IMG/VR virus record: IMGVR_UViG_3300034198_017016
Coordinates: 7,595 to 71,594 of that record
Strand: one strand, 5' to 3'
Source of the DNA: a virus
Length of the DNA stretch: 64,000 nucleotides
The translations under genes were made by a program, and so were the position numbers. Under the pieces are notes generated by a model. That model saw only the letters and a list, made by a program, of their open reading frames with translations, was not told where the DNA came from and ran no database searches. Of the stretch, positions 48,432 to 58,907 are shown one piece after another (the stretch's first letter is position 1; the number at the start of each line of letters is the position of its first letter).

Positions 48432-49201
48432 AAGTTATTTTTCAATTCAACTAACTTGGTCAAATCTTCAATATAAGTGTCTTTTTTAAATGACATATCC
48501 AATAACCTTTCTTTTGTTTGGAGTAGTTTGTCTTTAAGTTCTAAATCGTTTGACGATTCTTTTAACTTATTATTGACTGATTCAATGCACTCTTTTAGTG
48601 TTGAATTAAATAACTCAGTTCTTTCTTCTTCACTTCCGTTTAGTGAAACTTTAATTAATTTTTTTGTATTTTCATCTAATTCAGAATATTTTGAATTAAA
48701 TTTGTTTACCATTAAATTTGACAATACGTTGGTTGGAAGGGCAATAGTACTCTCCTCACTTTTTTCTTCAGAACTTTCATTAACCAAAGTTTTTCTTAAT
48801 TTTATTATGGACTCTGTTATTTTATTTAAATTTTTAGAACTCTTATCTAAATTTAAAATACCCTCAAACAAAGAAACTTTTTCATTATCACACTCAATTA
48901 AAGAATAACCATTTTCATTAAGATTAAGAATCAAATCACTATGAATATCATTTAAATCAGTTCTATTAAAACTTTTAATAATATCTATATTACCCTCAAT
49001 GAATATTTGAGAATCTAATTCATTGGTAAATGAAGAATTTTGTATTGATGTATAACATTCAAACTCTTCTTTTAAAATTTTAGACTCTTTTAATTTAGAA
49101 ATGTAGTATTCAAATACCTTTTTCTTTTTATCATTTTTACTTGAAAATGATTCTAAATAGATTTTGTTGTAAGTTTCTTTTATCGACCCAAAATTGTACA
49201 T
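48428..49201 (-). CDS. hypothetical head-region protein
   Basis: 257 aa, helical, NKFNSKYSEL; lies downstream of portal. Confidence 0.7.
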   Translation of the reverse strand: MYNFGSIKETYNKIYLESFSSKNDKKKKVFEYYISKLKESKILKEEFECYTSIQNSSFTNELDSQIFIEGNIDIIKSFNRTDLNDIHSDLILNLNENGYSLIECDNEKVSLFEGILNLDKSSKNLNKITESIIKLRKTLVNESSEEKSEESTIALPTNVLSNLMVNKFNSKYSELDENTKKLIKVSLNGSEEERTELFNSTLKECIESVNNKLKESSNDLELKDKLLQTKERLLDMSFKKDTYIEDLTKLVELKNNL

Positions 49202-49249
49202 AATGATTTTTTATTATAAATATCGATAAATTTTGATTTATTTAAAAAA

Positions 49250-51148
49250 TTATTCATCAATAAAGTTATCTATATCCGACAATAAATCTTGAATTTTATT
49301 GGATATTTTATGTTCTTTATCTTCTATCTTATCCTCTAATTTTTCTGATAATGTGGGAGTAGGGTTATATGTTTCTAATAATCTATCGTAATAAATTTTA
49401 TTATATTTTTCTTTTTTCTTTAGAAAATCATTTTTATATTCTAAAAGTAAATTTTCTTTGTTTTCTATAGATTCTGCGGTTGGAGGTGGTGCCCCACCCG
49501 CTTCAGGTGCACCACCAGGTGCTCCACCGGGAGCTCCACCTGCCTCAGGTGCCCCTCCAGTTTCAGGTGCCCCTTCTCCGGTAGATTTACTACCTATTTC
49601 ACCATAAATTTTATCAACTTTGTTGAATATACCCGTAGTTTTAATAACTTCTGCAGTATTTGCAAGTTCTGCCGCCGCAGCTTTTTCAATTCTTTGTTGT
49701 TCAAGATCCAACCTAATCTCATCGTCAGACATACTAAGAATTTCTTTCTTAGCCCTAGTCATAGACATTGGACTAAATCCATTACCCGCATCTGCTACAC
49801 AATCTTTAAACAAAGTGATTTTTTGTTGTAAATGTTCAATTTTTAACATCTCTGCCTGTGTAGATGGATTATTTAACGTTAGTGTAAAGTTTTCTAACTC
49901 ATCCTCCAAACCAAGAATAAATAAATGTATAATAGCGATTTTATTTAGTTCTTGTAACATTGCCTGTTGGATTCGATTTATAGTTCTTGCAAAACGAATG
50001 TCTTGTAAAGCTAAATTTTTACCTTCACCTACCGCCTCTTCAAATCCCAAAAATGTTTTAGGTACACGAATTGCGGTGAACATTTTCTTTTGTAAATACT
50101 CAATATCTTGGATTTCAGAAAGGTTCTGAGCACCAGGTAATGTGTCAATTGGATTGGGGGCACCTGTATCTCTGACAGGTATAAAGTAATCTTGATCCTG
50201 TGCGATTTGATTATATCTCAAATCCATTTGACCTGTTTTAGAATCAACCAATGGAGTTCTTTTAAATTTATTCGCAACTTGATTTACGTAAGGTTCAATA
50301 TCCTTATCATCCAAGTTACCAACATAGATTTTAAAAACACGTCTTTCAGGTGCTCTTGTAACACGATAAATTAACATGGCATCTTCCGCCAACATTAATT
50401 GTTTATAGATTCTTCTTGCTTTTTCTAACATAGAAACACCATAAGGTAATCTTCTATCGTCAGTTAATAATCTAAAATGTGCAATTTGCCAAGATTTAAA
50501 TTCATATTCCTTACTTTTCCAAATAAATTTAAGATCCTGTGGTTTAGGTTCTACATCAGTACTTTGTCTTTGTTTTATGGCAGAATATAAATCACCCTCC
50601 CAACGCTCAATTTCAATATTTGGTAATTGTTTTGCTGAAAGTACACCTTTTTCTTCATCAATATTTAGATAAATAAAATTGTCCCCATACTTGCAAGTGT
50701 TTCTTGTCCACATAGGGAGTGAAGTGTGGATATTAAGGTTGTTGTAGAATAAATTTTCAAGTTCTTTTTTAACTCTTTCACTTTCTGAATAAATGTTTAA
50801 AATTTTACCTTTGTTATTAACTGTGCAGGATTCTTCCATCATTATATCTAGTGCAGCACTTAATTCAGGATAGAATTCCATAGATTCAAAATCTGTATAT
50901 GCGGCAATACGAGTGGTCTCATAAAATACTGCCTGTTGATACATTTCAGAATCAACCTTCAACCACTGATTATGTAAATACAATGACTGTTGTTTTTGAA
51001 GTTTTTCTAACTCATACTCTTCTTTACTTTGAGTTTTTAGTATTTCTCTCGTATCGAAATTATATTGAGTGGTTTGTTTAAGTTGGGGTTGTGGATCCCT
51101 AAAAATGTTACCTAAACGTTGCCAAATTGTTAAATTTTGTTGTGCCAT
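49250..51148 (-). CDS. portal protein (T4 gp20-like)
   Basis: HFRL, PYGVS.LE, EDAMLIYR..RAPERRVF.I.VGN, DYFIPVR, IDTLPG, DIRF.RTI.RIQ. Confidence 0.95.
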   Translation of the reverse strand: MAQQNLTIWQRLGNIFRDPQPQLKQTTQYNFDTREILKTQSKEEYELEKLQKQQSLYLHNQWLKVDSEMYQQAVFYETTRIAAYTDFESMEFYPELSAALDIMMEESCTVNNKGKILNIYSESERVKKELENLFYNNLNIHTSLPMWTRNTCKYGDNFIYLNIDEEKGVLSAKQLPNIEIERWEGDLYSAIKQRQSTDVEPKPQDLKFIWKSKEYEFKSWQIAHFRLLTDDRRLPYGVSMLEKARRIYKQLMLAEDAMLIYRVTRAPERRVFKIYVGNLDDKDIEPYVNQVANKFKRTPLVDSKTGQMDLRYNQIAQDQDYFIPVRDTGAPNPIDTLPGAQNLSEIQDIEYLQKKMFTAIRVPKTFLGFEEAVGEGKNLALQDIRFARTINRIQQAMLQELNKIAIIHLFILGLEDELENFTLTLNNPSTQAEMLKIEHLQQKITLFKDCVADAGNGFSPMSMTRAKKEILSMSDDEIRLDLEQQRIEKAAAAELANTAEVIKTTGIFNKVDKIYGEIGSKSTGEGAPETGGAPEAGGAPGGAPGGAPEAGGAPPPTAESIENKENLLLEYKNDFLKKKEKYNKIYYDRLLETYNPTPTLSEKLEDKIEDKEHKISNKIQDLLSDIDNFIDE

Positions 51149-51208
51149 TACAGTTTATACTTTATTAGTAAATATAATTCAAAATTTTAAATTTTAAACA
51201 TTATTTTA

Positions 51209-52963
51209 TTATCTACTACCACCAAATAACCACCCATATTGTTGATAATCATTAGGTAAGTTACTTCTTTCGTTTATTTGGGGTGGGGGTAAAGTAGATT
51301 GATTATTTTCTTTGGTTTGAATAAATGTACCCGAATTAGTAGGGGTAGAAGAAACCCAACTACCTAACATAGCCCTTGTTTGATTATTAGCTTTTTCTAA
51401 ATTTTTAAATGAATGTTGTAAAACAAATAAACACATCGCAATTGACATTATACAATCATCGTGATAACCTTTCATGTGATCAGGTCTACCATTTATGTAA
51501 ATAAATGTTTTCATTTCTGAAATAACCCTGTGAGATCTGACTTTAAATTCACCCGTTCTTACAACTTTTTCAAATTCAGCGACCATATTTAGTCGATATG
51601 CACCTACGTTAAAACCTGGTATTTTATTTTCATTTGATTTAAATTTACTTATATCTTTTCTATTGGATAATATCCTACTCCTTGGGTCATCAAAGTGTAA
51701 AAATTTATATTCCATTTCCATTAATTTTAAAACGGTAGTTACTCCCATACCACCTGTTATATCAACAACTGTGTACGAATTGTATCTATTACCATATTCA
51801 AAAACTAATTCGGCAAGTAAATCAGGTTGTATTTTTCCTGTCCACTCCAAAACCTGTTCCATAGTATCCGTGTTGATAATTTCAATTACAGAAAAATCCT
51901 CGGAGTCTCCTCTTGATACGTCAACACCCATTATATATTTTTGACCATTTATTGGTTCTTCCCAAATCCAACATTCCTCACCCGCACCTTCAAATCTTAT
52001 CGGAAATTTAACATTTTCTTTTTCTTGATATTCTATATGTTCTTCATCAATTACATTACCACCAGACCCAATGAAAGAACAATCTAATTCTTGTGCAATT
52101 AATTTCAAATTTCCATTATAGTTAGAACACATTTCTTCATACCACTCAGAAGTAGGTTTATAACCATCATCGATCATTTTTTTATAACTTTCAATGGTAA
52201 AGTCTTTTTCAATTTTTTCTTTTTCACCGTCTTTCAACCATCGTAAACCCTTATTGTATCTTGGATCTTCATACCAAAACATTTCAATAACTTTAAATTT
52301 ATTTTTACCTGTTCTTGCATTATCGTAAACTTTATAATATAAAGGATCTAACCCATTGGGTGTTGAGTTAAGTATAATTTTACCGCCAGTACTCATAGCA
52401 GCAAGTGCGGCACCAAAAGTTTCAGCACCATCATCAATGTGGGCAGCTTCATCCATCACTAACATTGTGGGAGTATATCCACGTAATGCATCTTTAGAAG
52501 TTGCAAGTGCCTTTAGTTGACATCTGTTTGGTAATATTAAGTGTTTTTTAGAATCAGTTAAATAAATTGTTTTTGTTGGATCGTCGACATATTCTTGACC
52601 CCATACCCACCTCGGTATTTGATTTAAAAATTCTTTTACTTTTTGTAAAAATTCTTGTGCAGTTTCTTGTTTGTTTGCTAAAATAAGAATTTTTTCGGGT
52701 TTTTCAGGATCACCATGAAAAGAAACTTTAATAGTAAAAAAGGCGGCAAGTGTAGTAGACATACCGGCCTGTCTATATTTAGAAACTAAATTATATCTAT
52801 TTTTTTCAAATGATAGTATGGACTCTATTTGTCTTGGAAACAATTTGAATGGTACATATTTTTCTTGCGTTTGGTCAAAAGTTTCTAAATAAGTTGCAAT
52901 TGCATATGGGATGTCAACTAAACATTTGGCAAATTCATGTAATTGTTCTGCTTTTGATATCAT
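51209..52963 (-). CDS. terL: terminase large subunit (T4 gp17-like)
   Basis: KYRQAGMST, LVMDEAA, STPNG, QELDCSF, GVDVSRG, HDDCIMS. Confidence 0.95.
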   Translation of the reverse strand: MISKAEQLHEFAKCLVDIPYAIATYLETFDQTQEKYVPFKLFPRQIESILSFEKNRYNLVSKYRQAGMSTTLAAFFTIKVSFHGDPEKPEKILILANKQETAQEFLQKVKEFLNQIPRWVWGQEYVDDPTKTIYLTDSKKHLILPNRCQLKALATSKDALRGYTPTMLVMDEAAHIDDGAETFGAALAAMSTGGKIILNSTPNGLDPLYYKVYDNARTGKNKFKVIEMFWYEDPRYNKGLRWLKDGEKEKIEKDFTIESYKKMIDDGYKPTSEWYEEMCSNYNGNLKLIAQELDCSFIGSGGNVIDEEHIEYQEKENVKFPIRFEGAGEECWIWEEPINGQKYIMGVDVSRGDSEDFSVIEIINTDTMEQVLEWTGKIQPDLLAELVFEYGNRYNSYTVVDITGGMGVTTVLKLMEMEYKFLHFDDPRSRILSNRKDISKFKSNENKIPGFNVGAYRLNMVAEFEKVVRTGEFKVRSHRVISEMKTFIYINGRPDHMKGYHDDCIMSIAMCLFVLQHSFKNLEKANNQTRAMLGSWVSSTPTNSGTFIQTKENNQSTLPPPQINERSNLPNDYQQYGWLFGGSR

Positions 52964-52979
52964 AATTTCAATATAAACA

Positions 52980-53007
52980 AAAAATGGGATATTTCTATCC
53001 CATTTTT
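52980..53007. terminator. terminator-like hairpin upstream of terL
   Basis: AAAAATGGGATA-TTTC-TATCCCATTTTT. Confidence 0.7.
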
Positions 53008-53025
53008 AAATAAATTATTTAATTT

Positions 53026-54297
53026 TTATAAATTATCTTCGTTAGGATTTCTCGGTTTTAACATATCTCTAATTTGTCTCATAAAGTCATCTTCCACTTC
53101 TTTAGAACTTTTTTCTTTTTCTGCCTTTTTTCTTTCATATTCGGATTGATCATACTTGTCGGCTACGATATCCTGTTTTATTTCTCCCGCTAATTTGGCC
53201 AATTCTCTTTTACCTTTTTGTGTACCTCCCAATAATTCTTTCATAAATGAATTAAATTCATTAGTTGGCATTTTTATTATTTCTTGATAAAGATAATGTT
53301 TAACATCCCAAGAGCTCTCATCAATCGACTCTAAAAATTTTTCCCAAATGCCAGGACCCAATCTTAAATCCCAATTCTCACCCATAACAAAATCAGTTTT
53401 ACTTAAAACATATTCTCTGACTTTTGGATTTTCTGGTAATGAAGGTAGAGACATAACTTCCATAACACCTTTAATTAATTCATGTACTACTACAGGAAAT
53501 ATTAAACCTTCGCCACGCACATAATGTTTTTTTTCTTTTGACTCTTCCTCAGTTTCTTCTCTAGGATCTTTTTCATCGCCAGTAACTCCGGTAGTAACTT
53601 TACCTACCTTAGTTTGTTCTATCACTTGTCTTATGGTATCATCATCAATCATCCAATACTGATAATCACCAATTGACATTACTAAACCATATAAATTAAT
53701 TAACCTTGGATCAATTCTATTTAATTCCGATTCAACCAAATGAAACATATAGTGTCCTTTTTTAGAAGCACCTTGTATCATTGCATTAACTAAACGTCTT
53801 TTTTTGACTTCACCTTCAACACCTTCCATATCCTCAACATCTTCAGGTTCGTATTCATCTTCAGGCTCATCTATTTTCATGTCCCCAATATCAGGAGTTT
53901 CACCCATTTCAGGTATTAAATCAATCTCATCTTTTAATCCAAACTCTTTCTTAACTAATTTAATTGCAATTTTTTCTAATTCTTCTTTATGTTCTTTTTC
54001 GATTGATAAAACAGTTTTTAGTGCATTTAATGCTTGCATTAAAACTCCTTGATCTATTGTTTCTTTACCACTATATCTTTTTACTTTACTCACAACATCT
54101 TGAAATCTTTGCGACGCAAGTTTTTCTTCAAAACTTTGACCACCAGTAGTAGGTGGAAATGCGGGATGACCACCTAAACTATGTGATCCTGTAGATAATG
54201 ATCTTTCCAAGCTAGGGTGCATTCTTTCGGGATGTTGTGGATCATAACTAACTGCCCTTTCATTTAAAAATTCTTTTTTTGTTAATATTTTTTTCAT
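53026..54297 (-). CDS. hypothetical acidic protein
   Basis: 423 aa; leader MKKILTKKEFLNE. Confidence 0.75.
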   Translation of the reverse strand: MKKILTKKEFLNERAVSYDPQHPERMHPSLERSLSTGSHSLGGHPAFPPTTGGQSFEEKLASQRFQDVVSKVKRYSGKETIDQGVLMQALNALKTVLSIEKEHKEELEKIAIKLVKKEFGLKDEIDLIPEMGETPDIGDMKIDEPEDEYEPEDVEDMEGVEGEVKKRRLVNAMIQGASKKGHYMFHLVESELNRIDPRLINLYGLVMSIGDYQYWMIDDDTIRQVIEQTKVGKVTTGVTGDEKDPREETEEESKEKKHYVRGEGLIFPVVVHELIKGVMEVMSLPSLPENPKVREYVLSKTDFVMGENWDLRLGPGIWEKFLESIDESSWDVKHYLYQEIIKMPTNEFNSFMKELLGGTQKGKRELAKLAGEIKQDIVADKYDQSEYERKKAEKEKSSKEVEDDFMRQIRDMLKPRNPNEDNL

Positions 54298-54830
54298 TTT
54301 AGTTTAGATACAAATTGTTTAAAATTTCCTTTTTTTATTTTTGGGTTTACTTCAGAATCCATAATTATTCTTTCTATATACTCTTCTAATTTTTGTAAAT
54401 CTTCATCCATTCTATATTGTTTTTTAACATCCATCACACATTTTTCATATTTTTCCATATCCTCTCTACCAACAGAAGATGTACATATCGCCCAAGGATT
54501 TTTTTTCTTTTTAGAAATTTTTTTATTTTTAGTCTCGTCAGTATTAACATTTAGTTGGTAAACACCAGGTTTTAATGTTTTAGGATCTACAGGTACTTGT
54601 GGAGTTTGTTTAGTATATTTGCCGTCTCTTTTACTTAAATTTATGTTTATTGGGGCAGTTTGTTCATTTAAAATTTTAACAAATTTCTTTGCATAAATTT
54701 TTAATGATTCTTCCATAGTCATATCATATCCACACTCATCACAAACTTTAATATCTTTTTCCAAAATGTGACCACAATTAGAACATTCCTTTTTATCTAT
54801 TAAAAGTTTTTCTTTATTTTTCTTTTTCAT
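54294..54830 (-). CDS. hypothetical protein with zinc ribbon
   Basis: CSNC...CDEC; NPWAICTSSVG...YEKCV. Confidence 0.7.
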   Translation of the reverse strand: MKKKNKEKLLIDKKECSNCGHILEKDIKVCDECGYDMTMEESLKIYAKKFVKILNEQTAPININLSKRDGKYTKQTPQVPVDPKTLKPGVYQLNVNTDETKNKKISKKKKNPWAICTSSVGREDMEKYEKCVMDVKKQYRMDEDLQKLEEYIERIIMDSEVNPKIKKGNFKQFVSKLK

Positions 54831-55129
54831 TTTTTTAATCCTTTTAAAGTCTTAGCTAAGTTTATTTTTCTAAGTTTAAGTAAATCTCCTTTAGGTAATC
54901 CTTGAATACCTTTCTTTTTTGGATCTTTATCTTTCTTTTTTAACTTAGACATTTCTTTATCTAAATCAGATTTGTCAATTTTTTCTTTTTCACTTTTACC
55001 CATTGATTTTTTTAAAGAGCCGGGTTTTTTAATTGCCTTTTGAATCCATTTTTCACTTTTAGTTTCATTAACAATTTTTTCTATCATACTAATCAATTCT
55101 GATTCAGTTAATCTAATCGTTTTTTTCAT
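54827..55129 (-). CDS. small basic phage protein with MKKTIRLTESEL leader
   Basis: KWIQKAIKKPGSL...LAKTL motif. Confidence 0.75.
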   Translation of the reverse strand: MKKTIRLTESELISMIEKIVNETKSEKWIQKAIKKPGSLKKSMGKSEKEKIDKSDLDKEMSKLKKKDKDPKKKGIQGLPKGDLLKLRKINLAKTLKGLKK

Positions 55130-55530
55130 TTTATATTTTTTTCATAATTATTATTATAATTTATAATTAAATCTTTGGCATACAATTTAGACTCAACATC
55201 TTTTATTTCATCTCCAAAATGAAAATATAATCTTTCTTCAGGATATTCTTCGTAACCTTCAATATTTTCCCAAGACATAGAAATTAAACCATCTACTGCG
55301 TCCCAAAAAGAAAAACTTGTACTATTTTGTATTAAATCAAAATTAATTGTAGTGATCAATGTTCCTACTTTGTTAATTAGTTCTTTATTAGGTGGAGAAG
55401 GCATACCATTTGCCGGATAAGAATCCCAATCCTCACCATCTACATCTTCAGTAGAATTGGAAAAGATGAACTCGTATATGAATTCATCTTGCCAATTTTT
55501 ACCTATTTTATTTATAAATACTAATTTCAT
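55126..55530 (-). CDS. hypothetical protein
   Basis: 134 aa, ATGA-coupled. Confidence 0.7.
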   Translation of the reverse strand: MKLVFINKIGKNWQDEFIYEFIFSNSTEDVDGEDWDSYPANGMPSPPNKELINKVGTLITTINFDLIQNSTSFSFWDAVDGLISMSWENIEGYEEYPEERLYFHFGDEIKDVESKLYAKDLIINYNNNYEKNIK

Positions 55531-57137
55531 TTTTTGACTCTATACTTTTTTATGATGCTCTCAAAAGTTAAATCTTTCTCATTAACACCCATTTTTTTTC
55601 CTGCCTTTGGTTGTGGATATTTGTCCGGTATTGGAGGGTTAAAAGGATTTTGTCTTCTTGGTGTTGGGGGACTTAATGGCTCATCAACATTTGGTTCCAT
55701 AACATCGGGTTCTGTTGTGTATGGCTCGGTGATATCAGGATCACTATGATTTCCTTTACCATAAACTTCTTTTGTAAATAATTCCATAATGTCCATTTCA
55801 TCCATACCACCTAAATTTTCATCTTTACTGCTATGAAATTTTATATCGTCAGAATTTGCCTTTTTAGATCTAACTCTTTTGATCGCGTCTGATATTCTTT
55901 TTTTACGTTCTAATTCTTTATCTTCACTTTCATCGGAATCCATTTTATTGGCTAAATAACCACCCAATGCAGCACCAGCCGCTCTTGCCGCTAAACCTTG
56001 CCATTGTTCATCAGAGGATCCTTTTTTCTTTCTTGATCTTAACATTCTAAAATCTTCACTGTCCAATTTACCATTTTTATTAAGATCTAAATTTTTTTGA
56101 CCACCAATTAATTTTTCATCCATATCAATCTCATATTTTTTAAATCTCAAAGGACTGTGAGATTTTGAGTGACTATGAATAGTATCTTCATCAAAGCCAC
56201 CTCTAATCTTTTCAAAATTAAAAGGTTTTTTTAATTTGGTCATTCCATAATATTCATCCATCTCATATGATTCTTTCATCATAGATTCCATTCCTTTTTT
56301 CTTTTTGAATTTTCTGATGACATCCATTCTATCTTTTTTATCCATTTTATCAACGTGTAACGCCGATATAATAGAATTTATTACATATTTTTCTAATTTA
56401 GGGTCAACTTCAGACAACTCTCTTAATTTTTGACCCAATCTACCTGTAAGTTTTTGTATGTATTTTTTAGGATCTTCCTCATCGTCAACATCAATGTCAT
56501 CATCAACATCCTCTTCACCACCGGGCAATTCTTCACCACCAGGTAATCCTTCTGCTTCAGGTGCAGTATCTGTGCCACCCATCTCACCACTATCAGGAGA
56601 CGATGGTACATCTTCTACTGAAGGGATTTCAGGGCTCGATGAAGGTTCGGGACTTGGTTCAGGCATTGTTGGCTCTTCACTAGATTCTGCACTATCCGAT
56701 GGAACTTTTAATTTATATTTTTTTTCCTTCATACCAGTTTCTTCATTTGAAGAATCTTCTGTATCTACACTATCTTGCTCAAATAAATTATAACCACCTT
56801 TAATTCCATACAATTCGTTTAATTGTTGAAATTTCATATTTAAATGTTTTAAAGCCTCTTCATATGAAGGATAAGATTCACTCATTTTATTTTTTATCCC
56901 ACCAATATAATCTAATTCAGAAACTTTAAATTCTGATTTATCAGTAGTTTTAATAAAATATTTATGATTTTCTCTAATAATTGTATAAACTAAACCATTA
57001 GGTGCTTTTTTAATAAATTCTAAAGAAGCATTTATCACTGATTCATTGATTGGAGTTAATTTATCCATTAATTCTAATGTACGATTAAAAACTTCTCTAC
57101 CTTTTAAGGTTTTTGGATTAATGTTTTGATTATTCAT
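55527..57137 (-). CDS. hypothetical acidic/Pro-rich protein with EF-hand-like loop
   Basis: DLNKNGKLDSED loop; low-complexity PEPS/GGEE segments. Confidence 0.7.
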   Translation of the reverse strand: MNNQNINPKTLKGREVFNRTLELMDKLTPINESVINASLEFIKKAPNGLVYTIIRENHKYFIKTTDKSEFKVSELDYIGGIKNKMSESYPSYEEALKHLNMKFQQLNELYGIKGGYNLFEQDSVDTEDSSNEETGMKEKKYKLKVPSDSAESSEEPTMPEPSPEPSSSPEIPSVEDVPSSPDSGEMGGTDTAPEAEGLPGGEELPGGEEDVDDDIDVDDEEDPKKYIQKLTGRLGQKLRELSEVDPKLEKYVINSIISALHVDKMDKKDRMDVIRKFKKKKGMESMMKESYEMDEYYGMTKLKKPFNFEKIRGGFDEDTIHSHSKSHSPLRFKKYEIDMDEKLIGGQKNLDLNKNGKLDSEDFRMLRSRKKKGSSDEQWQGLAARAAGAALGGYLANKMDSDESEDKELERKKRISDAIKRVRSKKANSDDIKFHSSKDENLGGMDEMDIMELFTKEVYGKGNHSDPDITEPYTTEPDVMEPNVDEPLSPPTPRRQNPFNPPIPDKYPQPKAGKKMGVNEKDLTFESIIKKYRVKK

Positions 57138-57153
57138 GATTTTTATATTTTTT

Positions 57154-57333
57154 TTAATTATATGGTGGATATTTTGTTACAGGTTTCCCTGTAATTATAC
57201 TTACTGTTTGTGTCCCCGCAGTCCCTCCTAATTGAATTGTTCCATCACAAATATTAGGACAGGGACCCGATAATTCGACTAACAAAGCCAAAAGATCGGT
57301 AGTAGATCCAGTTATTTTACCTGTTGCTGCCAT
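57154..57333 (-). CDS. 59-aa Gly/Thr-rich protein (absent from the ORF track)
   Basis: MAATGKITGSTTDLLALLVELSGPCPNICDG...KYPPYN; fills the gap; TATTTAT upstream at 57353-57359. Confidence 0.65.
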   Translation of the reverse strand: MAATGKITGSTTDLLALLVELSGPCPNICDGTIQLGGTAGTQTVSIITGKPVTKYPPYN

Positions 57334-57387
57334 TTATTTTTAGTTTTTCTAAATAAATATTAAGAAATGTTTAAAAAAATAAAGATA

Positions 57388-58149
57388 TTACAAACTAAAT
57401 GCTTTGTCATAAGCCTTCGTTTGTAAGTCATAAAGTTTTTCAATATAACCTGTTCTTCGTAAAACTTTAAATATTAAATTTTCTTTTGAAAACTCCCCTT
57501 TAGATTCTAAACCCTCTTGACGCATATTTTTTATTTTTTCCTTTATTCTATCAATTTTTTTAACTAAATAACTATAATAACCCTTTTCGTAAAAAGATTC
57601 TAAACTATCAATTAAGTTCATAAAATCAGAAGCCTTTTTCTTTATAAATTCTTTATCCTCAATTTTTTGATCTTTACTTGGTTTGATTAACCATTTATTA
57701 TGTAAAATAGAATATACTCCCGTTGAAAAATGTTTTTCTTTTCTATCTTGAAGATAAACTTCCACATTATACCCCAATATTTTAACATCATGTTCATCAT
57801 TCCAAGTAGCTTTTTTCGAATTAAAGAAACCCTTTACCAACTCTTCATTTTTATCTACCTCAACAAAATCTAAAACGATGTGTAAATCAATATCAGAAAA
57901 ATTAGACCAATTATAGTTGGCTAAACTACCTGTAAAAATTATATCTTTTATGTCGACAAAATCCAAATCCAAAGAGTCATAAAAATCGTCAGCCAAAACC
58001 AACAATCTTTGTCTTATTTTTGGTTTTAAAACGTAAATACCGTCTTTAATAAACCAAATTTTAGGATCTAAATGGTCTTTAATCTTAAAAGAAGACAAAT
58101 CTACATCTTCAGGATTTAATATTTCATCTAAATTTATATCGCGAATCAT
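57388..58149 (-). CDS. Pol-beta superfamily nucleotidyltransferase
   Basis: FTGSLANYNWSNFSDIDLH (GS..DxD), VEVYLQD; start MIRDI at 58149. Confidence 0.8.
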   Translation of the reverse strand: MIRDINLDEILNPEDVDLSSFKIKDHLDPKIWFIKDGIYVLKPKIRQRLLVLADDFYDSLDLDFVDIKDIIFTGSLANYNWSNFSDIDLHIVLDFVEVDKNEELVKGFFNSKKATWNDEHDVKILGYNVEVYLQDRKEKHFSTGVYSILHNKWLIKPSKDQKIEDKEFIKKKASDFMNLIDSLESFYEKGYYSYLVKKIDRIKEKIKNMRQEGLESKGEFSKENLIFKVLRRTGYIEKLYDLQTKAYDKAFSL

Positions 58150-58150
58150 A

Positions 58151-58164
58151 ATATTTATAAATAT
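58151..58164. promoter_or_regulatory. palindromic bidirectional late-promoter candidate
   Basis: ATATTTATAAATAT between CAT (58147-58149) and ATG (58163-58165). Confidence 0.65.
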
Positions 58165-58906
58165 GATTAAATTTGAAAATTTACTTAAAGAAATGGCAAT
58201 AAATGAAACCGAAGAGATTTCAAAGGCCAAGAAACTATTAAAAGATACGTTAGATTATCTAGAAGATAAAGATAAAATTTTATTTATTACCACATCAAAT
58301 AGATGGTCAGGTGATAACGAAATACCTAAATCCACTCAATTGGCACAATATTTGAAAAGTGAATTGGGTGATAAGGTTACTATTTTAGATGCTAGTAAAT
58401 TAAAAATTTATAATTGTGAGGGTAATGTATCGACTAAAGATGGTAATAAGTGCGGTTTAAAAGAATCTGTATTAAAGGATAAAAAGAAAAATCCTTCAGG
58501 ATACCATAGGTGTTGGGCTTCATTAAATCATAAAGATGATGAACTATGGAAAATTTCAAAAGAACTATTTGAATCTGATGCAATTATATTTTTTGTTTCA
58601 ATCAGATGGGGTCAAACCAACGCTTTTTACCAAAAATTGATTGAAAGATTAGATTGGATAGAAAATAGACATACCACTTTAGGTGAAAATAACGTAATTA
58701 AAGACATTGATGCCGGTATAGTTGCAGTAGGTCAGAATTGGAATGGTGAAAATGTAATAGAAACCCAAAAACAAGTTTATAAATTTTATGGTTTTAATGT
58801 CCCTAAAGAACTTTCATGGAATTGGCAGTATACTAGCAATGTAAATGACGAAACTCAAAAATCCTACAAAAAGGCTAGTAAAGATTTTGAAAAAATTATA
58901 AAATAA
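58163..58906 (+). CDS. flavodoxin-like / NADPH-dependent FMN reductase family protein
   Basis: ILFITTSNR, IYNCEG..S, C...C, DDEL, ESDAIIF...IRWG, KLIERL. Confidence 0.75.
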   Translation: MIKFENLLKEMAINETEEISKAKKLLKDTLDYLEDKDKILFITTSNRWSGDNEIPKSTQLAQYLKSELGDKVTILDASKLKIYNCEGNVSTKDGNKCGLKESVLKDKKKNPSGYHRCWASLNHKDDELWKISKELFESDAIIFFVSIRWGQTNAFYQKLIERLDWIENRHTTLGENNVIKDIDAGIVAVGQNWNGENVIETQKQVYKFYGFNVPKELSWNWQYTSNVNDETQKSYKKASKDFEKIIK

Positions 58907-58907
58907 A

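Noticed and set aside
53460-53500. VVHELIKG as a metallopeptidase motif
   Set aside because: The second His of HExxH is absent (HELIK), so a protease call is unsupported
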